A stretch of 64,000 bases of DNA, taken from IMG/VR virus record IMGVR_UViG_3300042397_000787, one strand, 5' to 3'. Below are positions 18,806 through 28,003 of this stretch, in pieces (positions within the stretch are counted from its first letter, which is position 1; every line of letters starts with the position of its first letter). A program made the translations under genes and the position numbers. The notes under the pieces were generated by a model. That model saw only the letters and a list, made by a program, of their open reading frames with translations, made no database searches and was not told where the DNA came from. Source of the DNA: a virus.

Positions 18806-18843
18806 ATAACTATTGTATACTACATTTATAACAGTTTGTCAAG

Positions 18844-20235
18844 TTAAAACTCAAACTTTGAAAAATCTCTTCGCTTACCAATGGTAGTATTTTCAAACAC
18901 TGGAACATCGTCTTGCCCAGAGTCCATAATACCAGCCTGAGCATCATCTTCCAAGTCATACAGTTTCATCTTACCACGGTCGATACCAATCATGAAGCGT
19001 TTGTTCATACCTGGGTCGTTGTAACGATTCTTCAACTGCTTTATCATCAACTGGCCCATCTTGTCAAGTTCTTCTGTTGCGATAAGGGCAAACATCAAGT
19101 CAGCCGTAGCTGGTAGACCAAATGATTCTGAAGTATCTGTCAGTTCGACATCTGAATTGGCATAACCACTGCGGGTTGTCTGTGTAGCAGAAACGATTGG
19201 CAAATCAAACTCTACTGCCAGACCACGAAGTTCTTCTGCGATACCCTTAATGACTGTGTAAGAATTGGCACCAGACGATGCTTTGTAGCGACTAGATGCA
19301 CAAATATTCAGATAGTCAATGAAGATAACATCTGGCTTGAAGTTCCGCTTCAACTGGAGTTCGTTCAACAGAGCCTTGAAATGGCCTACATGGGCGCTGG
19401 CGGTTGGATATTCTTTGACAATCAAACGACCTTCTGTCTTCGAACGAATCTTTGCAATGCGCTGGTCAAACATAGACTTAGATAGGTCTTTGAGTTCTTG
19501 AATGTTAACGTTCATCAAGTTGGCGTCAATACGTTCTGCGATACGTTCTTCTGCCATTTCAAGGGTGATATACAAAACGTTCTTGTTCTGACCCAATGCA
19601 CCAGCAGCCATGTGGCACATGAACAGAGACTTACCAACACCAGTACCAGCAAGAGCAATGTTCAATGTCTTATTTGGTAGACCACCATTGGTAATCTTGT
19701 TGAACATCTCGAGGTCAAACGGCAACTTAGTTTCTGCCCGGTGATAGAAATCAAAACGGTCTTCGGCGTTATCAATGTAGTCATGTCCTACGTTGTTATC
19801 AAACCCAACTGCCAATGCATCTTGGAGAATGGAAGGAATACCATCTTGCGAATGTACCTTGTCTTCGCCATCAATGATTTGAATCGATTGCATAATGGCA
19901 TTATACACCGCTCGGTCTTTGCAGAACTTTTCGGTCTGGTCTAGAAGCCACTTCTCATTGGCATCCACATCATCATCAAGTGCGGTTAGAGTTTCTGTAA
20001 CGTGCTGATACTCTTTTTCATTTACCTTGCGGTCATTTTGTAGAGCAATGTTTATGGCATCGATGGTAGGAAGAGAATTATATTTGGTAACAAATTCGTT
20101 GATGTAACGATAGATTAACTTCTCGGCGTTGTCTGTAAAATATTCATCTTTAATGAATGGGATTACCTTACGCAGGTAATCCTCATCCGAAATCAACTTA
20201 CTTAGGATAATAGTTTCAATTTTCTTCTGCAACAT
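18844..20235 (-). CDS. Replicative DNA helicase (T4 gp41-like)
   Basis: AGTGVGKS Walker A, TLEMAEE, IDYLNI, SESFGLPATAD, KQLKNRY. Confidence 0.96.
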   Translation of the reverse strand: MLQKKIETIILSKLISDEDYLRKVIPFIKDEYFTDNAEKLIYRYINEFVTKYNSLPTIDAINIALQNDRKVNEKEYQHVTETLTALDDDVDANEKWLLDQTEKFCKDRAVYNAIMQSIQIIDGEDKVHSQDGIPSILQDALAVGFDNNVGHDYIDNAEDRFDFYHRAETKLPFDLEMFNKITNGGLPNKTLNIALAGTGVGKSLFMCHMAAGALGQNKNVLYITLEMAEERIAERIDANLMNVNIQELKDLSKSMFDQRIAKIRSKTEGRLIVKEYPTASAHVGHFKALLNELQLKRNFKPDVIFIDYLNICASSRYKASSGANSYTVIKGIAEELRGLAVEFDLPIVSATQTTRSGYANSDVELTDTSESFGLPATADLMFALIATEELDKMGQLMIKQLKNRYNDPGMNKRFMIGIDRGKMKLYDLEDDAQAGIMDSGQDDVPVFENTTIGKRRDFSKFEF

Positions 20236-20443
20236 TCACATCCTCTAGTTCAAAATATTCTTCATAATCATTAGCAATCTTCATACAACAATCTTCACAT
20301 ACCCACTTCTCAAAAGTTAGGCCATGTTCTGAACCATGAAGACAGATTGCAGCATCTTTCTTAGGATTGATGCCGCAACCACATTCGTCACAGATTTTCG
20401 TATTCTTCTGAAACATCTTCGTCAAGAATTTCCACATTTTCAC
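20216..20443 (-). CDS. Small Cys-rich (zinc-ribbon-like) protein
   Basis: CDECGC...CEDCC; fills uvsX-gp41 gap with overlaps; start uncertain. Confidence 0.6.
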   Translation of the reverse strand: MKMWKFLTKMFQKNTKICDECGCGINPKKDAAICLHGSEHGLTFEKWVCEDCCMKIANDYEEYFELEDVNVAEEN

Positions 20444-21452
20444 CCTCCATCATTTGTCCGCCTGCCATGCGGTATCGCTTTTCAATCCAATCACTGAATG
20501 TTGGGTCGGTCAGAACTGGCATCCAGAATTCTTTGTTGTATGTATCATTCAGGCGATGCTTCTTTTCTTCTGTTGCCAACTGGTACCAACCATTCGATGG
20601 CTTGATAACGTGGCCGCTTTCTAGTGCCATATCAAGTAGACCAGACCACTTACTGATACCACCTTGAAAGGTTACTTCGATTGGAATCTTTGACTTCTCA
20701 CGAACATAACGAGACTTCTCGACGTTAATGATAAAGTTGTAACCAACTACTTCGGTGCCTTGCTTCTCTTGCTGGCGACCAATGATAAAGATATTATCGG
20801 CTGAGTAGTAGATGCCCGTACCACCAGAGACGATTGCCTTGGGGAACATACCAATTTCCATATAAGTGTGATTGACCACGACCATAGGAATGTCTTTAAT
20901 GGTAAGATGTGGTGTAATCATACGGAACAAGGACTTCATCTGCTTGGCGCGGGTCATATCTGCAACCGACTTACCATCTAGGGCATCATCAACTTCTTTC
21001 TTAGAAGCAAGGTTACCCACAGAGTCAACTACAATCATGACACGGTCCTTACGTTCAAGTTCATTAACTTGCTTCATAATATCATGTTTCAATTGTTCAA
21101 TGTCAGTGATGGGAGTATGAACAACCTTACCTGTATCAATGCCAAAGTTCTCAAAGTATGACTGAGGAGCACCAAACTCGGAGTCGTAAAACAAAACAAT
21201 ACCATCATCATACTTGTCCAAGAAACTCTTAACCAACATCATGGCGAATGCAGTCTTAAAGTGTTTAGATGGGCCAGCAAAGATGGTTAGCCCTGGTGTC
21301 AGACCACCATCTAGTTTACCAGAGAGAGCCACATTTAGTGCAGGAACAGAAGTCTGAATTAAATCTTTGGTACTAAAGAGTTTACTTTCTGATAATACAT
21401 TCGTTTCTTTGATAGTAGTATTCTTTTTCAGTTTGTCAAGTAGTGCGTTCAT
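20388..21452 (-). CDS. uvsX: RecA-like recombinase
   Basis: GPSKHFKT, FYDSEFG, VDSVGNLAS, SGGTGIYYSA. Confidence 0.96.
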   Translation of the reverse strand: MNALLDKLKKNTTIKETNVLSESKLFSTKDLIQTSVPALNVALSGKLDGGLTPGLTIFAGPSKHFKTAFAMMLVKSFLDKYDDGIVLFYDSEFGAPQSYFENFGIDTGKVVHTPITDIEQLKHDIMKQVNELERKDRVMIVVDSVGNLASKKEVDDALDGKSVADMTRAKQMKSLFRMITPHLTIKDIPMVVVNHTYMEIGMFPKAIVSGGTGIYYSADNIFIIGRQQEKQGTEVVGYNFIINVEKSRYVREKSKIPIEVTFQGGISKWSGLLDMALESGHVIKPSNGWYQLATEEKKHRLNDTYNKEFWMPVLTDPTFSDWIEKRYRMAGGQMMEGENVEILDEDVSEEYENL

Positions 21453-23974
21453 GCGAATAGGTCCTCCAATGTTGCTTTAGGTTCAGTAGACCAGCCTAGA
21501 CCGTCTACAATCATGTTAAGTGGGTCAAGAAATGCTTTCTGGAACATCATCTTATAATCTATATATCGGTGAATGTCAAGTTCTTTTGGCATTATTCCGA
21601 GAAAAGCAATACAATTTTCATGCATTGTATTAGGCTCTTTGAGATAAAGGAACTTAATCTTTTCACCCTCTTGTATTAATTCATACTTCTTGTCAAGGTT
21701 GGCTTTCTTGATCATATGGTTATACATCAGGGCACCGCGAACATGCATCGGTGTTCCCTTGCCATAAATATCAGCCGTAGATGTATACTTAGACAACCCA
21801 TTTACACCTCGTGGGAATGCAATCTCTTCAGGTGTCATCTTGTAGAAGGCTTCGCGGGTTTCTTCAATGAACTTCTGTAGAGTTGCTTCGTCGGAGGTCA
21901 GGCAGAGTCTGACGGCTTCTTTGAGGCTCTTGCGGACGGGCGCAGGCGTAGACGAGCGGACGATTTCGAGACCCATGACTTTGAGTTTTGGCTCATCGTA
22001 ACGGACGCCTTCGTTGTCATAGACATTAAGTGCGTACCTCTTTTTTGCAACCCAGATGCCACGTTCCGCGATTGCCTCGCGTTTGAATATAATTTTCTTC
22101 TGAAATGCATTCGTGTAGTCCGCAAGTCCATCGCAACTCTTGTTGATCGCCTCTGTGATTTTCTCTTCGCAGATTTTATCGAGAACGCCAATGAGTTTGT
22201 CGCGGTCCATATCAGGATAAAACTTACTAACAAGAGGCTCCAGGGAAATATAACAAGAATCAGTATCACTGTAGAAAGAGTAGTTGTGTCCATTTGTTCC
22301 TACGACCTTGTTGAGATATGCGTCAAGTGCCTTACCTACTTCCTGAATAATATACTGACCAGTCATAGTGATGCCTTCAGCCACTCGGGCATCATAATAA
22401 CGGAAGTATTCATTACCCATGGCACCGAAGAGAGAGTTCAACTGAATCTTTCTTGCCATTTGAAAGTTGTTATACTTCGAAATGTTGTTCTTTAGTTTTT
22501 CGTCTTTAGTAAGTTCATATTCTTTCTGCGCGGCAATCATTAACTTCTTGTAGCGTTGACGGTCATCAAAGAACTTCTCTACGATTTCTGGAAACAGACC
22601 TTGCTTAGTGCGATTATAGCAATACCCATTTGAAGTCATGCAATAATCATTGTCTTTTAGGTCATCAAGGTCAAAGGTCTTATCAAGAAGGCCGCGCACG
22701 GTGGTGTCTTTGACATAACCATTTACCATGGTCTCAGGCGACATGTTATACTGCATAATGATTGACGGATACAGAGAGGTAGCATCGAAAGAAACTACCC
22801 AGTCATACTTACCGGGCTTAGGTTCTTGAACATACGCACCTTCAATGCCGCGGCCCTGTTGGTCTCTCTTCTGAGGAATGTGAATGTTCTTATCATACAG
22901 GTGATTATAGAGAAGGCAATCCCAGGTGCGAACCTGTGAGAAAACGTCATTGTAATTACACTTGGCGTCATAGGCCATCGTGAGGATAAGTTCAATCAAC
23001 TTCAACTTACGTTCAAGTTCGTCCACAATTTCAACGTCTCGAACGTTGTATTCAACAAACTTCTGCCAGTCTTTAGTGTAAAACTCACGGAAACTTTCAT
23101 AGGGATTTTCCAGCTTGTTCTTACCAAGTTCTACAGAAGCAATATGGTCTAGCTTGTAGGACTCTTGGTTAGAATACGTGAACTTCTTAAAGAGGTCCAG
23201 ATAATCTAGAACGGCAATACCCTTCATTTCATAGGTAAACATTTCGCGACCCATGACGTTCATGTTCTTGCGCTGCACTAGACCCCAAGGAGAAAACTTC
23301 TTCTTAGTGGCATTTTCATCATTGAACAGCCGCTCTACACGGGCAATCAAGTATGCAATATCGAAAAGTTCAACGTTCCAACCAGTGATGATATCTGGAT
23401 GATTATCAGAATGAAAACGGACATAAGTTTCTAGCAGGTCACGTTCATTATCACACTTGACATACAGAAACTTGTTGCCAGTGGCACGAAGGGCTGCAAT
23501 TTCTTCTGAGTTTACATCATCAAATTCACCGCAACCAAAGGTAATAATCTGGCGAGAGACTAGGTCCTTGACAGTGATGAGAAGTATCTCTTCAATCGGA
23601 TTATTGATATCTGGAAAGCCAAACTCGGCTCTCGTTTCGATATCGATTGTCTGAATCTTTAGAGCATTCATATCCCATTGAATTTCACCAGGAAACTTAT
23701 GCGTGATATACTGGTAGCCAAAGTTTGTCTGACCATAGATAGGAAAGTTATCTACTTCACCATAGGTTTGAATAAACTCTTTGGCGTCATTATTACTTTG
23801 AAACTCAACTGGCTGAAGATTGTCGCCATACAGAGACTTATGGACACCTTCTTCTTTGCTCTTCACATAGAGAACAGGAGAGAAGTCTTCCCTACGATTG
23901 AAGCGCACACCATTATGAACACCTCGAACGAGAATCTTGGAGCCATATTGGTGTGCGCTGGTATAAAACTTCAT
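21449..23974 (-). CDS. Family B DNA polymerase (T4 gp43-like), unsplit
   Basis: DIET exonuclease, SFDATSLYPSII, KIQLNSLFG, YSDTDS. Confidence 0.97.
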   Translation of the reverse strand: MKFYTSAHQYGSKILVRGVHNGVRFNRREDFSPVLYVKSKEEGVHKSLYGDNLQPVEFQSNNDAKEFIQTYGEVDNFPIYGQTNFGYQYITHKFPGEIQWDMNALKIQTIDIETRAEFGFPDINNPIEEILLITVKDLVSRQIITFGCGEFDDVNSEEIAALRATGNKFLYVKCDNERDLLETYVRFHSDNHPDIITGWNVELFDIAYLIARVERLFNDENATKKKFSPWGLVQRKNMNVMGREMFTYEMKGIAVLDYLDLFKKFTYSNQESYKLDHIASVELGKNKLENPYESFREFYTKDWQKFVEYNVRDVEIVDELERKLKLIELILTMAYDAKCNYNDVFSQVRTWDCLLYNHLYDKNIHIPQKRDQQGRGIEGAYVQEPKPGKYDWVVSFDATSLYPSIIMQYNMSPETMVNGYVKDTTVRGLLDKTFDLDDLKDNDYCMTSNGYCYNRTKQGLFPEIVEKFFDDRQRYKKLMIAAQKEYELTKDEKLKNNISKYNNFQMARKIQLNSLFGAMGNEYFRYYDARVAEGITMTGQYIIQEVGKALDAYLNKVVGTNGHNYSFYSDTDSCYISLEPLVSKFYPDMDRDKLIGVLDKICEEKITEAINKSCDGLADYTNAFQKKIIFKREAIAERGIWVAKKRYALNVYDNEGVRYDEPKLKVMGLEIVRSSTPAPVRKSLKEAVRLCLTSDEATLQKFIEETREAFYKMTPEEIAFPRGVNGLSKYTSTADIYGKGTPMHVRGALMYNHMIKKANLDKKYELIQEGEKIKFLYLKEPNTMHENCIAFLGIMPKELDIHRYIDYKMMFQKAFLDPLNMIVDGLGWSTEPKATLEDLFA

Positions 23975-24035
23975 GTAACCCTCTTTTCAATTCAAATACT
24001 ACTATACTATAAAACATAACAAAAGTAAAGAGGTT

Positions 24036-24458
24036 TTAGTTACACCATGATGCTTTCTTTTCGCCCATATAGGCGCGGGCAAGACCAGCCTTGATTAGTT
24101 CTGTTGATAGGTCCTTGCCATTATACTTGACATAACCAAGAACACGGCCGCCAAACTTGTCCCATTCTTTTAGATCAACCTGAATAATCTGACCAGGTTT
24201 AATCACAGACTTAGTAAAGTTTGTTGCTGCTTCTCCACCAGCAGCTTCCTTAGGACACTGGGCACGTCCACCCTTTTCAGGTGTATCAACACCCAATACT
24301 CGGATTTTAATTACGGGTGGAATTGGAGCTGGCACCCATGGTGCTTCGACTTCGATTGTGTCGCCGTCCATAACTCTTGTTACCTTCCATGAATGCTCTA
24401 CTGCCAGAGCTGGAGTGGCAATCAGGGCTGCGGCTAGAAATGCGGTAAATAATTTCAT
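24036..24458 (-). CDS. Thermonuclease (SNase-like) with signal peptide
   Basis: MKLFTAFLAAALIATPALA; VMDGDT, IRVLGVDTPE, DKFGGRVLG, GLARAY. Confidence 0.88.
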   Translation of the reverse strand: MKLFTAFLAAALIATPALAVEHSWKVTRVMDGDTIEVEAPWVPAPIPPVIKIRVLGVDTPEKGGRAQCPKEAAGGEAATNFTKSVIKPGQIIQVDLKEWDKFGGRVLGYVKYNGKDLSTELIKAGLARAYMGEKKASWCN

Positions 24459-24754
24459 ATGATAATCTTACTTTCTGGAATAACGATACCACTACCGAAA
24501 CGAGTATTATATTCGTTCTTCATTCCAGTATCTGGTTCGAAAATAGAAACAACTGCACCAGCACGAATAGGAATATCTCCGGTCTGGGCATACGGGCAGA
24601 AGGGTGCTAGTCCAATACCAAACTGATTGTTCTGGTTAGGTACCATCATAATCAACAGAGGCTTTTGTAGGATTACAAGACCCTCAGCACTTTCATCAAT
24701 GTCAGCAATGATTTCCTCACCGCTGATTAGCTTTATACATTTAATATTGGACAT
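24455..24754 (-). CDS. Conserved T4-like hypothetical protein (Sm-like fold likely)
   Basis: IKLISGEEIIA...Y...FGSGIVIP; typical neighbour of hsp20/gp43. Confidence 0.7.
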   Translation of the reverse strand: MSNIKCIKLISGEEIIADIDESAEGLVILQKPLLIMMVPNQNNQFGIGLAPFCPYAQTGDIPIRAGAVVSIFEPDTGMKNEYNTRFGSGIVIPESKIII

Positions 24755-24775
24755 AGCATTCACCTTCTTAAATTA

Positions 24776-25264
24776 TTACTTAGTTTTACCTTCTGCCAAG
24801 AATTCGGCAGCTTGTGATGGATATTCATTATCCTCATCGGTAATGTCGATCTTCTTGGCTTTCTTTTCTTCTGGAATAAATGCTTCAAGCCAAATCTTTA
24901 GCATACCATTTACCAGAGTAGAACTTTTTACTTCAACATTGTCGGCAAGAGTGAATTCACGTTTAAATCCTCGCTCGGCAATACCTTTGTAAAGGTATTC
25001 AGTATTGTCAGTGGCATCGATTTTACCACGAATACTCAACAGACCTTCTTGCAATTCAATATCAATCTCGGACTTACCGAAACCAGCAACGGCTAGTTCA
25101 ATAACGTAGCGGTCTTCATCGACCTTCTTGATATTGTATGGGGGATATTTAATTGGCATCATCTGGGATGATTGGTCGGCAATATCTGCCAGCCTCTTCA
25201 TAACACGGTCTGCGCCAACGAAATAACGATCCATCTGTGGGATCATTGTTGTATCAAATTTCAT
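24776..25264 (-). CDS. Small heat shock protein Hsp20
   Basis: YPPYNI, ELAVAGF, YLYKGIAERGFKREFTL, NGML; ATG 25264 after AGGAG. Confidence 0.95.
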   Translation of the reverse strand: MKFDTTMIPQMDRYFVGADRVMKRLADIADQSSQMMPIKYPPYNIKKVDEDRYVIELAVAGFGKSEIDIELQEGLLSIRGKIDATDNTEYLYKGIAERGFKREFTLADNVEVKSSTLVNGMLKIWLEAFIPEEKKAKKIDITDEDNEYPSQAAEFLAEGKTK

Positions 25265-25353
25265 ATTTTTGCTCCTATTAAGCGAGTTTAAAAAAGTGTG
25301 CCATCCGAAGCATGACACACTTTATTTATACTATACTTTTAGAAGAAAGTCAA
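25265..25353 (-). promoter_or_regulatory. hsp20 control region: overlapping sigma70/late promoter, UUCG hairpin with U-run, ROSE-like SD-occluding hairpin
   Basis: TTGACT-N17-TATAAATA; GTGTGTCAT-GCTTCGG-ATGGCACAC-T6; CTCGCT-TAAT-AGGAG. Confidence 0.7.
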
Positions 25354-25770
25354 CTACTTTTTGCGACCGATGTTATACTTTTGAATAAGTTCCCACTCGT
25401 TCTTTTCTTTGTAAGCAATTACTTTGATTTGATTTAGAGGTGCCTTGTCCTCATGAATTTCTGGATTGAGAATGGTAATCAAACCCCAGTCCGAAAGTAA
25501 ATGCGCAACAGTATTTCTACGTTGCAAGTCATTATCGCTAAAGTCCGCATCTTTACCATCTAAGGCAAAGAGTTCCTTAAAGTGGACAATGAAATACCTA
25601 CCCTGCTTATGAAGGATATGGCATGACTGATAAAGAATCTTATCCTTACGAGACGCTACCCCAATACGTGAAAGAGTTTCACGAACCTTTAGAAAGTCGT
25701 CTGGATTCTCCAACTTAACTTCCAAGGGAGCATACCCAGGATAGTTAATATCAAAAAAATCTTCGCTCAT
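25354..25770 (-). CDS. regA: Translational repressor RegA
   Basis: DDFLKVRETLSRIG, LYQSCHILHKQGRYFIVHFKELF. Confidence 0.96.
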   Translation of the reverse strand: MSEDFFDINYPGYAPLEVKLENPDDFLKVRETLSRIGVASRKDKILYQSCHILHKQGRYFIVHFKELFALDGKDADFSDNDLQRRNTVAHLLSDWGLITILNPEIHEDKAPLNQIKVIAYKEKNEWELIQKYNIGRKK

Positions 25771-26222
25771 TTTCTACCACCTTTATACAATTTCTCTTTT
25801 ATTGTTTTCTTTTGTTCTTCGGAGAGAATTGTAAGAGCTTGACTAGCTTTTTCATTACTATAGCCATAATACTCCTTGATCATCTCAACTTCGGCATCGT
25901 CTTCAATTTTGATCCATTTATCAAAACGCTTTCTAGACCTAATTGTATTTATAAGAAAAGTATTTTGCAGAGCTTTATCAAGGTGTGGGCGGCAGTTCAT
26001 CTCGTTGGCTGGAATGACAGTATCAGCACTGAAACTCAGTCCACGATTGATGATCCAAGGGTTGTATTGCTTCTCTGACCACTCATCTACTATGAGATTA
26101 GTCTTCTTGTGGTTAATATCGTTGATGAAATCAAAGGGAGAAATCTTGGCTTTTTTCTCCACATAATCTTCTGGCTTGTATTCTACCTTTGGATCACCAA
26201 GGCCCTCTAGAATACCGTCCAT
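25767..26222 (-). CDS. Clamp loader small subunit (gp62-like)
   Basis: YNPWIINRGLS, EYYGYSNEKA; between gp44 and regA. Confidence 0.92.
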   Translation of the reverse strand: MDGILEGLGDPKVEYKPEDYVEKKAKISPFDFINDINHKKTNLIVDEWSEKQYNPWIINRGLSFSADTVIPANEMNCRPHLDKALQNTFLINTIRSRKRFDKWIKIEDDAEVEMIKEYYGYSNEKASQALTILSEEQKKTIKEKLYKGGRK

Positions 26223-27154
26223 TACTTCCACTCCACTCCAGCCATAATCTCAACCAGACAGGCTACGAGATTGATTTCTTGGTTGGTGGCGAAAGCAGAC
26301 TTGTATTGATAGTCGGCCAGCAGAACGATAAGAGCCGCAGGATACTTAACATCATCAAGAAGGGTATCATAAATCTTACGGAAAATGATGCCAGCATCGT
26401 TGTCGATATTATCTACAACCCACTGACGGACTTTCTTGAAGTCCTTACCACGAAGGGCATCAACCAGTTCTTTCATATTGATTTCTTGGACATTGGCCAA
26501 GATACCAGCATCGATAGTACCACTTACACTGTAACGCTGTAGTTCATTAAGAACACGGCGATAATCAGGGAAGTGCTTCTTGAGGACTTCGGCAACAACC
26601 TTGTCATCATACTGCACACTCTCGGCTTCAAGAATATCACCAAGACGTTTCATAAAACGTCCAGCCATCTTTGGTCTATCGGCCTTAGTCAGCTTGAATT
26701 CAATCACCGCAGTTCGACTATGCAGAGGTGCAATGATACGGTTCTTGAAGTTACAGGTAAAGATGAAGCGGCAGTTGTTGGCAAACTCTTCAATGAAGGC
26801 ACGAAGGGCTGGCTGAGTGGAATTTGGATTCAGGTAATCGGCTTCGTCTAGAATAACAACCTTAGTCTTGCCGCTAAACGAGACAGAGGATGCAAACTCA
26901 CGAATCTTGGTACGGAGAACATCAATACCAGATTCTTCTGAACCGTTAATAACGATATAATCACAACCCAATTCTTCACAAATGGCTCGGGCGATAGTAG
27001 TCTTACCTACACCAGCCGAGCCACACAGGAGCATATTGGGAATCTCACCAGTTGCCACAAACTGGCGAAAGGTATTCAGTTGTTCATCGGGAAGGATACA
27101 ATCGTCCAGCTTACGAGGACGATACTTCTCAACCCAGAGGAAGTCTTCACGCAT
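26222..27154 (-). CDS. Clamp loader large subunit (gp44-like)
   Basis: LWVEKYRP, GVGKTT, LDEAD, PLHSR; ATG 27154 after GGAG. Confidence 0.96.
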   Translation of the reverse strand: MREDFLWVEKYRPRKLDDCILPDEQLNTFRQFVATGEIPNMLLCGSAGVGKTTIARAICEELGCDYIVINGSEESGIDVLRTKIREFASSVSFSGKTKVVILDEADYLNPNSTQPALRAFIEEFANNCRFIFTCNFKNRIIAPLHSRTAVIEFKLTKADRPKMAGRFMKRLGDILEAESVQYDDKVVAEVLKKHFPDYRRVLNELQRYSVSGTIDAGILANVQEINMKELVDALRGKDFKKVRQWVVDNIDNDAGIIFRKIYDTLLDDVKYPAALIVLLADYQYKSAFATNQEINLVACLVEIMAGVEWK

Positions 27155-27234
27155 AATGATTCTCCATAATAAAATAAAATGTCCGTCGCGATGTGTAAGG
27201 GCATCCACGGACTCTGGCTTAGTGACCAGTATTC

Positions 27235-27263
27235 ACTATATCAGTTGTTGCGCAACCAGTCAA
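27235..27263 (-). promoter_or_regulatory. Sigma70-type promoter upstream of gp44
   Basis: TTGACT-N17-TATAGT overlapping the end of the peroxiredoxin gene. Confidence 0.7.
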
Positions 27264-27825
27264 GAATATTTTCGGGTGAAGTTACACCATAAGGATCATC
27301 CGCGCAGTTGTCCTCAACTACATCACCTTCAATGAACCACTTCTCAATCTGACCGTTATTCACCACAACAGCATATCGCCATGAACGTTCACCAAAGCCA
27401 AGATTGTCCTTCTGGACATTCATTCTCATCTTACGAGTGAACTTACCAGAACCATCAGGAATCATCTTAACCTTCTTGATCTTCTGATCTTTCGCCCAGC
27501 AATTCATGACAAAGGAATCATTGACAGATACACAGTAGATGTCCTTGATACCAAGTGCCTTAAACTCAGCAAAGTTCTTTTCGAAACCAGGTAACTGGTA
27601 GGTCGAACATGTTGGAGTAAAGGCACCAGGAAGAGAGAACAGAACTACACGTTTACCAGCGAAGTAATCATAGGTTGTCTTATCTTCCCAACGGAATGGG
27701 TTAGGACCTTCAATCGAGTCATCGCGGACACGGGTCTTGAAGACTACTGCAGGAACAATCTCAGGTAGTTCCTGATCGCTGGCTTCATCGTCCCACTCCC
27801 GCTTAAATTTAAACTTCTCTGCCAT
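27241..27825 (-). CDS. Peroxiredoxin (Prx5/redoxin type)
   Basis: SLPGAFTPTCS, SVNDSFVM, GFGERSWRY. Confidence 0.95.
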   Translation of the reverse strand: MAEKFKFKREWDDEASDQELPEIVPAVVFKTRVRDDSIEGPNPFRWEDKTTYDYFAGKRVVLFSLPGAFTPTCSTYQLPGFEKNFAEFKALGIKDIYCVSVNDSFVMNCWAKDQKIKKVKMIPDGSGKFTRKMRMNVQKDNLGFGERSWRYAVVVNNGQIEKWFIEGDVVEDNCADDPYGVTSPENILDWLRNN

Positions 27826-27992
27826 TATACCACAGCTACCTGCGCATCAAAGTCATTAAGAATGAGGAGCTTGTTAAACTGGCGAACAACTTCATCAAGG
27901 TCACTGGTGGTAAACGCAATGGTTACATCACGAGGGTCTTCTTCTGCATCATAAGGAATGCGGGCATTAAATGTGAATTCAAACTTAGTCAT
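27825..27992 (-). CDS. Small hypothetical protein (55 aa), not in ORF track
   Basis: MTKFEFTFNARIPYDAEEDPRDVTIAFTTSDLDEVVRQFNKLLILNDFDAQVAVV; AGGAG RBS; stop overlaps Prx ATG. Confidence 0.75.
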   Translation of the reverse strand: MTKFEFTFNARIPYDAEEDPRDVTIAFTTSDLDEVVRQFNKLLILNDFDAQVAVV

Positions 27993-28003
27993 ATTATTTC
28001 TCC

